Position numbers and translations under genes: made by a program. This document shows, in pieces, positions 37,315-50,269 of a DNA stretch of 64,000 nt. The notes beneath the pieces were generated by a model, which worked only from the letters and a program-made list of their open reading frames with translations, was not told the origin of the DNA and made no database searches. Numbering within the stretch: the stretch's first letter is position 1; each line of letters starts with the position of its first letter. The stretch comes from Octopus sinensis. Its lineage: Eukaryota. The stretch lies in contig NC_043012.1 of assembly GCF_006345805.1 (NCBI RefSeq), positions 5,394,001-5,458,000 of the forward strand. Direction: 5' to 3'.

Positions 37315-37535
37315 GCGACGAGCTGGCAGAATCGTTAGCACGCCGGGCGAAATGCGTAGCCGTATTTCGTCTGCCGTTAAGTTCCTTATTTCAAATTCCA
37401 CCGAGGTCGACTTTGCCTTTCATCCTTTCGGGGTCGATAAATTAAGTACCAGTTATGCACTGGGGTCGATATAATCCGTTTGTCTCTCCTTGTTTGTCTC
37501 CTCTGTGTTTAGCCCCTTATGGTTAGTAAAAAAAA
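37315..37535 (+). mobile_element. Family C SINE, near full length
   Basis: GGCGACGAGCTGGCAGAATCGTTAGCACGCCGGGCG head through tail TTGTCTCCTCTGTGTTTAGCCCCTTATGG. Confidence 0.9.
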
Positions 37536-38203
37536 CCCAGATAACAACAGCATAATAGGACAACAATAGTGAGATGGGTCTCTTGTGTAATTCCGAGAGG
37601 AATTTGTGTAGCTTGACTGTAGAGAAACTCTTGACAGTGTTGTCTAATAGGTCATCAACTGCGCTAGTTTTGAGAAGTGACTGTGGCTGTTATATTGTTG
37701 TTGTTTAGTTGTGATAATGATAATAGCAGCAGAACATGATGGCGTTGATGAAAGTGGGTCAGTTGTGGTACTTAGAAGAAATGAAGAGTGTCAATATCTG
37801 GATTATGAAGAACTCTTGTTTGTAGAGTCTAATAAGGACTTCAGTCGTATTAGTATTGAAGAGCGGCTATGTCTGTTGTTGTTGTTGATATATATATATA
37901 CGTCCTGTAACTGTTTTTTTCGTTTTCTTGTTTTTTGTTTTTCGTTTTCTTGTTTTTTGTTTTTTCGTTTTCTTGTTTTTTGTTTTTTCCGTTTCTACGT
38001 CTTATTGTGGTGTCCTGTACTCACGTATAATTATTTATATATGCATGTATATATACATGTAGATGTAGGTACGTACATATATGTTTGTATGTATGTATAT
38101 ATTTTTATTTATCACATTATTGTCTGACAGCGCCCCGCGTCAGGTTCGTTCCGATTCGTCGTTTCGTTCCACCTCTTGGTTCCAGTTATTTTTATATTAT
38201 TAT

Positions 38204-38253
<50 letters not shown>

Positions 38254-38334
38254 GTGCCGTGCTGGTAAGATTAACAAAAAACTACTCCATTTGCTAAGAA
38301 ATAAATATTATTTAATACACACAGTATATATATA

Positions 38335-38635
38335 GTACTTATTCTATCGGTCTCTTTTTTGCCGAACCGCTAAGTTACGGGAGACGTAAACACACCAGCA
38401 TTGGTTGTCAAGCGATGTTGGGGGGAGGGGTACACACAAACACACAGATATATATAATTATACATATATACAACGAGCTTCTTTCCGTTTCCGTCTACCA
38501 AATCAACTCACAAGGCTTTGGTCGACCCGAGGCTATATATAGTAGAAGACACTTCCCCAAGGTGCCATGGAGTGGGACTGAACTCGGAACCATGTGGTTG
38601 GTAAGTAAGCTACTTACCACACAGCCACTCTTGCG
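38335..38635 (-). mobile_element. Family D SINE
   Basis: Reverse complement of the 18258 copy. Confidence 0.88.
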
Positions 38636-38778
38636 CCTATGATTAGTAAATAATATGTATGTATATGTGTGTGTGTGTGTGTGTATGTGTGTAAGTGTGT
38701 GTGTGTGTATATATATATATACTTATATATGTATATATATGTGTATATATATATACTTATACACACGCATATTCATAT

Positions 38779-38809
<31 letters not shown>

Positions 38810-38835
38810 CTACTTATATACACATATAATATATG

Positions 38836-38874
<39 letters not shown>

Positions 38875-38876
38875 GG

Positions 38877-38927
38877 AGCTTCTACAGGACTAGAACTGTT
38901 TCATTCAAGAGAAATCATCAGGAAGCT
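38877..38927 (-). ncRNA. Type I hammerhead ribozyme-like motif, copy 1
   Basis: Minus strand AGCTTC-CTGATGA-TTTCTCTTGAAT-GAAAC-AG-TTCTAGTC-CT-GTA-GAAGCT: 6-bp stem I, complete core, stem III, GUA cleavage triplet; first stem II pair is U-U. Confidence 0.7.
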
Positions 38928-39439
38928 AGTTAACAAGAATTGTATTGGCATTTATACATTTAGGCAGGTTTAAAGGGGTGGTGGTGGGGGACTTTTTGGG
39001 GGTAGGCATAGAGCAAAAATATCATACTTGGGGGAGTGGTCAAGGAGTCAGTGGTAAATTAGATAAAAGAATAAATAAAAGAATAAAAAAATATATAGAA
39101 AAATATATAGAAGAATAGAGTTTTAGGTAAATAAGGAGATTCTCACTTATACATATACACATATGTATATATATACACACACACACATATACATACACAC
39201 ATACATACACACACACACATATATGTATACACATATATATATATATCTATATACCATATAATATATATATATATATATACATATATATGCATACATATAT
39301 ACACACACACATGTGTATATATACACACAACCCACAATACATATACACACAAAAAATATATACATACACACACATACACATACACGCATACACACACATA
39401 TCTACATACACACATGCACACACAAGTCCATATATACAC

Positions 39440-39470
<31 letters not shown>

Positions 39471-39893
39471 ATACATACATATATATATACATATGTGTAC
39501 CTATACATACCTACACATACACACATATACATACAAATACAAACCCATTCCCTAATTTTAATTTTATTATTATCTTCATTTATTACTTTTGTTATCTTTG
39601 ACCGTGGGTCACAAGCATCTTGGCTACGACAGCAAGTCCATTTATCTTTCTACTGGAACACAAGCACTCACTCACGCACGCACACTCATTAGCACGCACA
39701 CTCACTCATTCGTACACTCATACACATACACGCACGCACGCGTTATATTCATACATACATACATCTACATACATTCACATATATACACATACGTACGCGT
39801 ACATACAGATTCATGTCTACACGCTTAGAAGACTAGTCTATACATATACACCAATAAATATATATACACACATACATATACACCTACATACAA

Positions 39894-39928
<35 letters not shown>

Positions 39929-39959
39929 CCAAATCAAATAGATGAACATCAATGGAATT

Positions 39960-40470
39960 TGTATCCTGTGGTACCAGTGCCGGTGGCACATAAGAAAACC
40001 ATCCGAACGTGACGTAGCCAGTACCGCAATGACTGGCCTCCGTGCTGAGGGCAGTAACAACACCATCCGAGCGTGGCCGTCCGCCAGCCTCGTCTAGCAC
40101 CTGTGTCGGTGACACATAAGAAAACACCATCCGAGCGTGGCCGTCTGCCAGCCTCGTCTGGCACCTGTGTCGGTGGCATAAAAAACCCATCCGAGCGTGG
40201 CCGTCTGCCAGCCTCCGTCTGGCACCTGTGTCGGTGGCCCATAAAAAAAAAACACCATCCGAGCGTGGCCGTCTGCCAGCCTCGTCTGGCACCTGTGTCG
40301 GTGGCAATTAAAATCACCACTACACTCTCGGAGTGGTTGGCGTTAGGGAAGGGCATCCAGCTGTAGAAACACTGCCACTCTGACTGGCCTGGTGCAGCCT
40401 TCGGGCTTCCCAGACCCCAGTTGAAACCGTCACAACCCATGCTAGCATGGAAAGCGGACGTTAAACGATG
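39960..40470 (-). mobile_element. Family A repeat with four internal tandem ~60-65-bp units (~40064-40305)
   Basis: Unit CCATCCGAGCGTGGCCGTCTGCCAGCCTCGTCTGGCACCTGTGTCGGTGGC repeated four times. Confidence 0.88.
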
Positions 40471-40722
40471 ATGATGATGATGATGATGATACATATATAT
40501 ATATACTTATATATATATAGATACATATATATATATTATATATATATACATATAATAAAATATATATATACATATATATACATTACATATACATACACCC
40601 ATACATACATACATATATACACATACACACACCCACACATATACATATACATACATTACGCGCATACATATACATACATATACATACATATACACATACA
40701 TATATATACACATATATATATA

Positions 40723-40755
<33 letters not shown>

Positions 40756-41142
40756 TATACATACACATACACACATGTACATACATACACACATATATAC
40801 ATATATACACACACACATACATACACATATACATACACACACATACACATATACATGCGTACCCGTACACCACACACACACACGCATCCATATATACACA
40901 TAAGTACACACATGCGTAAAAGTATACATATATCTATACATATGCTTACACATACACACACACACGCGCGCCTCCTTATGTTCATATACTTACATGCATA
41001 CTCAAAAAGTAAGTAATAAAATATATATACGTGCAGTTATTCATATACATACATGCATACTCAAAAAATAAATAATAAATATTAAAGATATAACGTGCAG
41101 TTACCATTATACAGACGGATACTACATATAAACTTACACACA

Positions 41143-41196
<54 letters not shown>

Positions 41197-41592
41197 ACTT
41201 ACACATACGTACATATACATACATACATACATAACTCTACGTACCTACATATACATAAACACGAGCGTACACGTATATGTACATATACACATACACATAC
41301 ACACACATATATACATATATGTACATACACACATATCACATACATATATATATATATACATATATACACATACACATCACATACACATACACACACACAT
41401 CACACACACATATACTATATAGTATATATATTATATTATATATATATATATATACATCATATACATATACAATACACACATACAACACCACTACACACAT
41501 ATATATACACACACACACACATACATATACATACACACATATACATATATATATATATATATTATATATAATATATATATATATATATACAC

Positions 41593-43184
41593 TGTGTGCA
41601 TACATACATACATACTCCATACACACACACATACACATACACACACACACATATATATTTAATATATACATATATATATACACGTATATACACATCAGTA
41701 CGTACATGCATAAATGTATACATATTCTTAGAGGTGCATACACATACATACACTCACGACGCACCGCCACCTTATATACATAAATACATACATGCTCAAC
41801 ACGCATACTCAAGTAAAAATAATAAGTATATATACACATGCATTTACCCTTTTATACAGAAGGAAACATCATATAAACATACACACACAACATATATTAT
41901 ATATATATATATATCATCATCATCATCACGTCGTCGTTTAGCGTCCGTTTTCCATGCTAGCATGGGTAGGACTTGTTCTACTGGGGTCTGTGAAGCCAAA
42001 GGCTTCATCAGGCCAGTCACATCTGGCAATCGGTTTTTGACGGCTGATGCCCTTCCTAACGCCAACCACATCCGGATTGTAGTCATCTTTTCGCTTTTAC
42101 GTGCACCCGCACGGTGCCAGCAGAGCTGCAAACGGCCACGAACGATGGTGCTTTTTAATGTCCAACCGCACAAGGGCCAGGCGAGGCTGGCAACGGACAC
42201 GAAACGGGCGTGCTGGCAACGGTCGCGAAACGAAGGTTCTCTTACATGCCACCGGCACTGGTAACACATCTGCAATTTCCATTGATCGATTTCCGTATAT
42301 AATAATCATCATAATCGTTTAATGTCTGTTTTCCATGCTGGCATAGTTTTGACGGTTTGAACTGGGGACTAGCAAGCCAGGAGGCCACCCAGGCTCCATC
42401 TGATCTGGCAATGTTCTACAGCTGGATGCCCTTCCAACCCAATCATTCTGAGAGAGTAGAGGGTCGCTTTTTAGTGTCCACGGCAACGGAGCCATCAGGC
42501 AGCACCATCATCGACCATGTTCAGAAGGTGCTTTTTATATGCCACTGGTGGGTTTCTTTCAGTTTCCATCTACCAATCCATTCACAAGGCCATAATCATC
42601 CTAATGCTATATAAGAAGAACTTCCCAAGTGCCACGCGGTGGGACTGAACCCGGACCTGTGGTTGGTAACAAGCTACTTACTACACAGTCACGCCAGCAT
42701 ATATATATTATATATATATAAAGTATGATTTTATTTTCTTATTATTATTGTTCATCAAGAAGTCACTCTAAACATTATTTGCACAATTTATGAGGTACGT
42801 GCATGATTTAGAATATTTTTAGCTGGCAGCTAGTGTAACACCACTGCCAGTAACTAATCACCATAATCACTATCACCACACAACTACCACTTATGAAAAA
42901 CTTTTGTTTTACCTTCTTTATGTTCTGTAAACATTGAGCATCTTATCAGGATGGATTGATGATACAACAAAAATTAATGAACAATATCAACAGACTGGGA
43001 TGGGATGTGGCCATCAAATCATCTTCGGTTATATCAACTCACATACATTGCATCTTTTCTCATCGTAATATCATTTTGCTTATATATATATATATATACA
43101 TACATATATATATATACATACATACACACATATACACATACATATATATATATATACAATATATACATACACACACATACACAT

Positions 43185-43259
<75 letters not shown>

Positions 43260-43353
43260 CATACATATACATATACACACATACACACACACACATACTA
43301 TACACACACCACACATACATATACATACACACATATACATATATATATATATA

Positions 43354-43387
<34 letters not shown>

Positions 43388-43672
43388 CACATGTGTGCAT
43401 ACATACATACATACTCATACACACACACATACACATACACACACCACATATATATATATATATACATATATATATACACGTATATACACATAAGTACGTA
43501 CATGCATAAATGTATACATATTTCTATAGAGGTGCATACACATACATACACTCACGCGCCACCTTATATACATAAATACATACATGCATACAAACGCATA
43601 CTCAAGTAATAAATAATAAGTATATATACATGCAGTTACCCTTTATACAGAAGGAAACATTCATATAAACAT

Positions 43673-43706
<34 letters not shown>

Positions 43707-44900
43707 CATCATCATCATCATCGTCGTCGTTTAGCGTCCGTTTTCCATGCTAGCATGGGTAGGACGGTTCTACTGGGGTCTGTGAAGCCAGAAGGCTTCA
43801 TCAGGCCCAGTCAAATCTGGCAGTGTTTCTACGGCTGGATGCCCTTCCTAACGCCAACCACTCCGTGAGTGTAGTGGGTGCTTTTTACGTGCCACCCGCA
43901 CAGGTGCCAGACAGAGCTGGCAAACGGCCACGAACGGATGGTGCTTTTTATGTGCCACCGGCACAAGGGCCAGGCGAGGCTGGCAACGGACACGAAACGG
44001 GGCGGTGCTGGCAACGGTCGCGAAACGGAAGGTTCTCTTACATGCCACCGGCACTGGTAACACATCTGCAATTTCCATTGATCGATTTCCGTATATATAT
44101 AATCATCATAATCGTTTAATGTCTGTTTTCCATGCTGGCATAGGTTTGACGGTTTGACTGGGGACTAGCAAGCCAGGAGGCCACACCAGGCTCCAATCTG
44201 ATCTGGCAATGTTTCTACAGCTGGATGCCCTTCCTAACACCAATCATTCTGAGAGAGTAGAGGGTGCTTTTTACGTGCCACCGGCACCGGAGCCAGTCAG
44301 GCAGCACCAGCATCGACCATGTTCAGAAGGTGCTTTTTATATGCCACTGGTGGGTTTCTTTCAGTTTCCATCTACCCCAAATCATTCACAGGCCATAATC
44401 AGCCTAAGGCTATAGTAGAAAACTTGCCAGTTGCCAGCGGTGGGACTGAACCCGGAACCATGTGGTTGGTAAGCAAGCTACTTACTACAACAGTCACGCC
44501 AGCATATATATATATATATATAAAGTATGATTTTATTTTCTATTATAGTGTTCATCAAGAAAAGTCAATCTAAACATTATTTGCACAATTTATGAAGGTA
44601 CGTGCATGATTAGAAATATTTTTAGCTGCAGCTAGTGTAAACACCACTGCCAGTAACATCACCATAATCACTATCACCACCACAACTACCACTTATGAAA
44701 AACTTTTGTTTTACCTTCTTTATGTTCTGTAAACACTTGAGCATCTTATCAGGATGGATTGATGTAAAACAAAAATTAATGAACAATATCAACAGACTGG
44801 GATGGGATGTGGGCCATCAAATCATCTTCGGTTATATCACACTCAAATACATTGCATCTTTTCTCATCGTAATAGTCATTTTGCTTATATATATATATAT
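41593..44900 (+). repeat. ~1.8-kb tandem duplication (41593-43100 vs 43392-44900) of SINEs, microsatellites and unique spacer
   Basis: Anchors offset by ~1800 bp: 41593/43392, 42891/44694, 43051/44855. Confidence 0.88.
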
Positions 44901-45074
44901 ATACATACATATATATATATACATACATACACACAATACACACACACATATATATATATATACATATACATATACATATATACAGCTATCTACATATATG
45001 CACATACGTATAACTCTACATGTATATGTATATATATATGTGTGTGTGTATATGTGTGTATGTATGTATATATA

Positions 45075-45132
<58 letters not shown>

Positions 45133-45703
45133 ATATGTGTGTGTGTGTGTATGTTTATATGAATGTTTCCGTCTGTATAAAGGGTAACTGCATGTATATC
45201 ATCATCATCATCATCATCGTTTAACGTCCGTTCTCCATGCTAGCATGGGTTGGACGGTTCGACCAGGGTTCTGGGAAGCCAGAAGGCTGCACCAGGCTCC
45301 AGTCTAATCTGGCAATGTTTCTACAGCTGGATGCCCTTCCTAACGCCAAGTATATATACTTATTATTTATTACTTATTACTTATTATTTATTACTTGAGT
45401 ATGCGTTTGTATGTGTGTGTGTATGTATGTGTGTATGTATATGTGTGTGTGTGTGTATATATATACATATGTGTATATGTATAAGTGAGAATCTCCTTAT
45501 TTACCTAAAACTCTATTCTTCTATATATTTTTCTATATATTTTTTTATTCTTTTATTTATTCTTTTATCTAATTTACCACTGACTCCTTGACCACTCCCC
45601 CAAGTATGATATTTTTGCTCTATGCCTACCCTCAAAAAGTCCCCCACCACCACCCCTTTAAACCTGCCTAAATGTATAAATGCCAATACAATTCTTGTTA
45701 ACT

Positions 45704-45754
45704 AGCTTCCTGATGATTTCTCTTGAATGAAACAGTTCTAGTCCTGTAGAAGCT
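45704..45754 (+). ncRNA. Type I hammerhead ribozyme-like motif, copy 2 (identical to copy 1)
   Basis: Core CTGATGA 45710-45716, GAAAC 45729-45733, GTA 45746-45748, stem I 45704-09/45749-54. Confidence 0.7.
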
Positions 45755-45855
45755 CCTTCTATATAATAAATTAATTTTACTCTGCTATGTATTGAGTACC
45801 TTATTTACTGTGGTTAACCCCGAATCAACCCGGGACCTACATATATATATATGAA

Positions 45856-46112
45856 AAAATAGAGAATGCTAAAATAATTTTCTAAAGAACATTTCAGTAC
45901 CGGCTTCAGTCATTTTGAGACCTTTTCAACTGTAACGATTAAATAATTAAATTTAGAAAAATTAAAAGAAATGTTTTTTTAAAGGAATATTTGTATAGTG
46001 TTCAAATATAAGTGGCATTTTCCTTGTTTCTGTCTTGCTCTGTCTCTCTTGTTCACACTTGTGAACCGGTACTGAAATGTTCTTTATAAAATTATTTTAG
46101 CATTTTCTATTT
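45856..46112. mobile_element. Small element with ~48-bp terminal inverted repeats and a decayed hammerhead-like motif on the minus strand
   Basis: 45856-45903 vs 46066-46112; minus strand TGAAAA-GGTC-TCAAAAT-GACT-GAAGC-CG-GTA. Confidence 0.65.
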
Positions 46113-46156
46113 TGACTTATTTTTTCATATATATCAACTCGTGTGTTCCTTTTCAT

Positions 46157-46219
<63 letters not shown>

Positions 46220-47236
46220 ATATATATACTGATATTCATACATATATATGTGTATATACACACATACATATATATGTGTGTATATATGCATATATTTATA
46301 TATTATTTATATATTGTGTGACCGAACGTCACTCATCCTTTTCCAAGTAAGTTTTATCTTAATTATTATGATGCGCACTCTTCAATTTTTACTAATTCTC
46401 CTCTGTCTATCTCTCTCCCTCACTTGTTCTTCATCCTTTCTGGTTTTCTCTCCCACCCTTCCCTATTCTTCTCCTCTCCCCTTCACCGTTCCCTATCTCT
46501 TACTCCTCCTCGACACTGACACGTGACCTGAGGGAAGCCATCTTTCCAACTGCTCTCTTCACCGAGACCAGACGGCTTATCCTGTCTCTCTCATAAGCTG
46601 TCTCCTTAATGCGTTCAAAATAATTTTTCCATCGTCATGGCTTAACTGCCCTCATCCTTTGTTTTTACTGTGTTATACTCTTCGTCCCTGTCTTTTACTG
46701 TTTTTACTTGTATTGTTTTTACTGTCTTGTTTTGTTCTTACTGTTCTGTTCTTGTTACTACTTTTACCCCTCCGCAAATCATCCCAAATTTTATTTAATT
46801 TGCTTTACGGAAAGGGCTGTTTCAACGAAGTTGCGTCTTGTCCTTACCTTCGGAATGCGGAGTAGACGAAACAGGGACAACTGAAGAAGGGTAATTTTCC
46901 TTGTGTTGAATGTCTTGTACTCTGTTTTTTTTTTTTCGTTGTTTGAAAAAAAGTTCGTTCCCATGTTTTTGTTTTTATGTTTTCGTTTCTCATTGTGTTC
47001 AACGTTTTTTTTTTATGTCCTTCCGCCGGGAGTTTTTGTTGAACTTGTTGACAAACAACAGCAGTAATTGTATTCACCTCAATAGACGTCATTGATTGGT
47101 TGAATTGAAATTGCCTAAATACGAGAAATTAAACAAGAAATAGCTTACAAACTACAGAATTTTCTGAAGAACGCCAAGAGAAAAAGATGTTTTATGTGAC
47201 ACATTCTACCAGTATACAAAGTTTAAAAGTGTTTAG

Positions 47237-47662
47237 TTACAAAGAAATTATTTTAAAAATCTGCCGGTCAAAGTGAAAAGATCCCACGTTCTTTAGTCTG
47301 GACAGGAAGCTGTCAATCGTTTTTTGTCGGTTTTGTTTCAGGCCCTGGAATTCGTACCTATGAATTCCATGGTTTGATCTGGGCTCTAGGTGCCTTTCAA
47401 ATTTCTCTAAAGGTGTGTCTGGATTATTGCAATCCGATTCTGACATGTTTGAACTATTGAATAGGTGTAGGCCCTTCTCTCACGTCCATAAAAGGATGTA
47501 GCTTACCTTTTCATCGGCAGTTGTACCTCCCAGGAAGCTTTTGAAAGCCAGTTGAGTTTTCTGTTTGAATTTGTTGAATTTCTTGAACGCTTCCATTATA
47601 TCTTCGGCGTCCCACTTCATGGTCGGATGTAGATTCATCTGTACGGCGACGGGGGCCGCCAT
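47237..47662 (-). pseudogene. Gypsy-type LTR retrotransposon gag N-terminal fragment
   Basis: KFKQKTQLAFKSFL...EKVSYILLW and FERHLEPRSN...RYEFQGLKQ...TIDSFLSRLK are typical of metazoan Gypsy gag. Confidence 0.7.
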
Positions 47663-47814
47663 TTCGGATCCCCGCGTGTGTCCAAAGACGAGGCGATATT
47701 CACTTTGTTAAATTTCACGTTTGGGCATTCATTCTTATAATGAAAGATCGCCCATCTACGTGTTTATTTACTTGTCATGTTTACAAACTGTATGTGTATA
47801 GCGGAGTGATGAAA

Positions 47815-48275
47815 TCTTTATTAGGATCACATAGGATTGGAACAGAGAATGGGGCATTACAAGACAGACAAATACAAAATGTTGGATGAGTTCGAATGAT
47901 TATAATAAAAAATTACTTATATATAATTTAATAAAATAATTAATTTAAAAGCTTTTCACTAGAATTTTTTTAAAAATAAAACCAGAAACAGAAGAAGCAA
48001 AGAATACAAAGAAGGAAAAAGAATGAACCCGGCAGCCTATAAGGCCCAGCAGCTCGCTTTTCCTTTCCTCGGTGATTAAGCTGGGTTACTAACACCCACC
48101 ATTTCCATCACATCCTTCCATCGTTGCTCATATTCACTCGGCGGCAGGGTTCTCCTCTCCAACCCCATCTTGCTCTTCAGATGGTATTTGAAGTAAGATA
48201 GCAAACCGGGGCCGGAGATGAAGGACCCTGTCACAGAACCTTCCATTCTTGTTCTACAGACACACTCTTTCGGAT
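47815..48275 (-). mobile_element. 5'-truncated relative of the Tx1-like LINE (ORF2 end + 3' UTR)
   Basis: RMEGSVTGSFISGPGLLSYFKYHLKSKMGLER...YEQRWKDV vs RMKGLRSGKFISGPGLMNYFIFHLKRKIGLER...YEERWKDV in ORF2; ends ...CCTATGTGATCCTAATAAAGA. Confidence 0.88.
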
Positions 48276-48766
48276 ACACCATGCGTATCCGCTTTAGACA
48301 CAGTTCATACTGTTTACAAGATGCGCGTAACAAAATAGTACTAATAGTGGGGATGCATTCATATATACGTATACCTACGCATACACATAGATATGAATGT
48401 GTAATATCTGAAAATCCGTGTGTGTGCGAACCTGTGTTTCGCTTGTCAGCTCCCTCGCAGACTCGAAAGTTAATGACGGTTTCAACAGGACATGAAAATA
48501 AAGGTCAATAAGTAAACAAATTCTTTACAGAAAATGCCAAACAATCAGGCGTTGATTGCGGCATTTATGTGACTTTTACCAAAGATCACCAACAGAAAAA
48601 AAAAAAAAAAGAATATTCAATTCTTGGCTCGTCTCCTATATGAATATGTTTGTGAGTGTGTGTACTTTAGTTACCCGTGCCCTCTTTAATGGATTTTCTT
48701 ATTTTCATTTTTTGCTTCATAGAATAGGAATTCCAATTCTGATTTTGGCGAACCTTCGGTATATAT

Positions 48767-48795
48767 ACCGGTGTAAGTACCGGAAGTACCGGATA
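48767..48795 (+). promoter_or_regulatory. ETS-type motif ACCGGAAGT within three tandem ACCGG, ~1 kb upstream of the MAP2K5 ATG
   Basis: ACCGGTGTAAGTACCGGAAGTACCGGA; function inferred from position only. Confidence 0.3.
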
Positions 48796-48844
48796 CATTT
48801 TAAAAAAGTGGGGTTTTTTTTATATATGGGGGGTTAGGGTTAGG

Positions 48845-49257
48845 GGATCTTTTCTGTTTGAACGGCAGTTTTTAACATAATTTCTAGGTAACTAAAAAAT
48901 TTTAAACTTCGTATACTGGTAGAATGTGTTTATAAAACATCTTTTTCTCTTGGCTTTATTGAGAAAATTCTATAGTTTGTAAGAGATTGGTTGTTTTTTT
49001 TTTTCTGCAATTTCAACCAATCACTGACGTCCATTGAGGTAAACAACATTCTGTGCCGTATGAATATGTCCCTCATTTAAGAAACAGATTGGGTTTATTT
49101 ACATTTGTGAAGATACCCTTCCCCCCACCCCTAACCCTAACCCTAACTAACCCTAAAAGAGATTGAAATACAATAGATCGATACTAGGGTCATAATTATG
49201 GGTGACAATTTCATATGACACCGCTAGAAAAAACTGCCGTTCAAACCGAAAAGATCC
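48845..49257. mobile_element. MITE with 29-bp TIRs inserted within a TTAGGG-containing repeat
   Basis: GGATCTTTTCTGTTTGAACGGCAGTTTTT / AAAAACTGCCGTTCAAACCGAAAAGATCC (1 mismatch), flanked by GGTTAGGGTTAG on both sides. Confidence 0.85.
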
Positions 49258-49770
49258 GGGTTAGGGTTAGGGTTAGGGGTGGGAGAAAAGAGTTTCTGCT
49301 ATCTTCAGGAATGTAAACAAAGTCACGTGTGTACATATACCGAAGCATCGCCCAGATTTCTTTTTCAAATGTCATTCGTTTCTGACCTCCACTTCTATGT
49401 GTTTTTTCTTTCTTTCTTTCTTTCTTTTATCCCTATATGGTAATAATAGCAACTCCAAAATTCCGTCTTAAACTTTACTTATATTACTTATCATACATTC
49501 GTATAGTTTGAAAATTTGGCTGCTATTTTCTTGTAGGTTGAGCGACCATGCCTAACGTATTGTATCTGCTTCCACGTTAGCTCTAATGCTTGTATTTTCA
49601 TATATTCTTTAATTCTACTTTATAGCACAAAATTTCATCAGATGATATAACCGGTAATGTTTGCCTATTGGGATGGTTTTTGCTGAATCACCGTTTCCGG
49701 GTAAGTTTTATTTCTTGTGCTGGTGTTTGTAATCTGTTCATCGATGAAAATAAAAACAACCACATGAGAA

Positions 49771-49869
49771 ATGAGTCTACCATTATTGACAATACGGATT
49801 CGAACTGAGACGGAACAAGACATGGATTGGATGGTTCGACCTGATCTGATGACGTTTAGACAATCTTTA
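49771..49869 (+). CDS. MAP2K5: MAP2K5 (MEK5) coding exon 1: MSLPLLTIRIRTETEQDMDWMVRPDLMTFRQSL
   Basis: Resembles vertebrate LVIRIKIPNSGAVDWTV...LLFRDVL (PB1 start); GTGAGT donor at 49870, phase 0. Confidence 0.85.
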
Positions 49870-50269
49870 GTGAGTGTCTTTTCAATGTTACATTTTATTC
49901 GATCGACATGAAGGGGAGGAAGAATTGTGGGTGTGTGCTTATATATAAATATATATATATATGTATATGTATATATATATATATGTATATATATATATAC
50001 TAACACACACGCACACATACATAGAATTGTGTGATCGCATCATTTACATGTACAAATATCAAAATAAACATTCGTATGACATCTAAACATATAGGTTTAT
50101 GTTCTGGTATGTTTACAAGTTTAGACCATAAACATTATTACATGTCAATATATTTTCACAGGAACTCACCAACACACACTTCCAATGATATTTTGATAAC
50201 TTTCTTCTCTTTATAATGTGTGTTTAAATTATCGATTTTTTTTTTTTTTTCTTTTTCAAATGGATGGAA

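Noticed and set aside
48830-49280. Interstitial telomere or chromosome fusion site
   Set aside because: Only 2-4 TTAGGG units, each embedded in a recurring small repeat family
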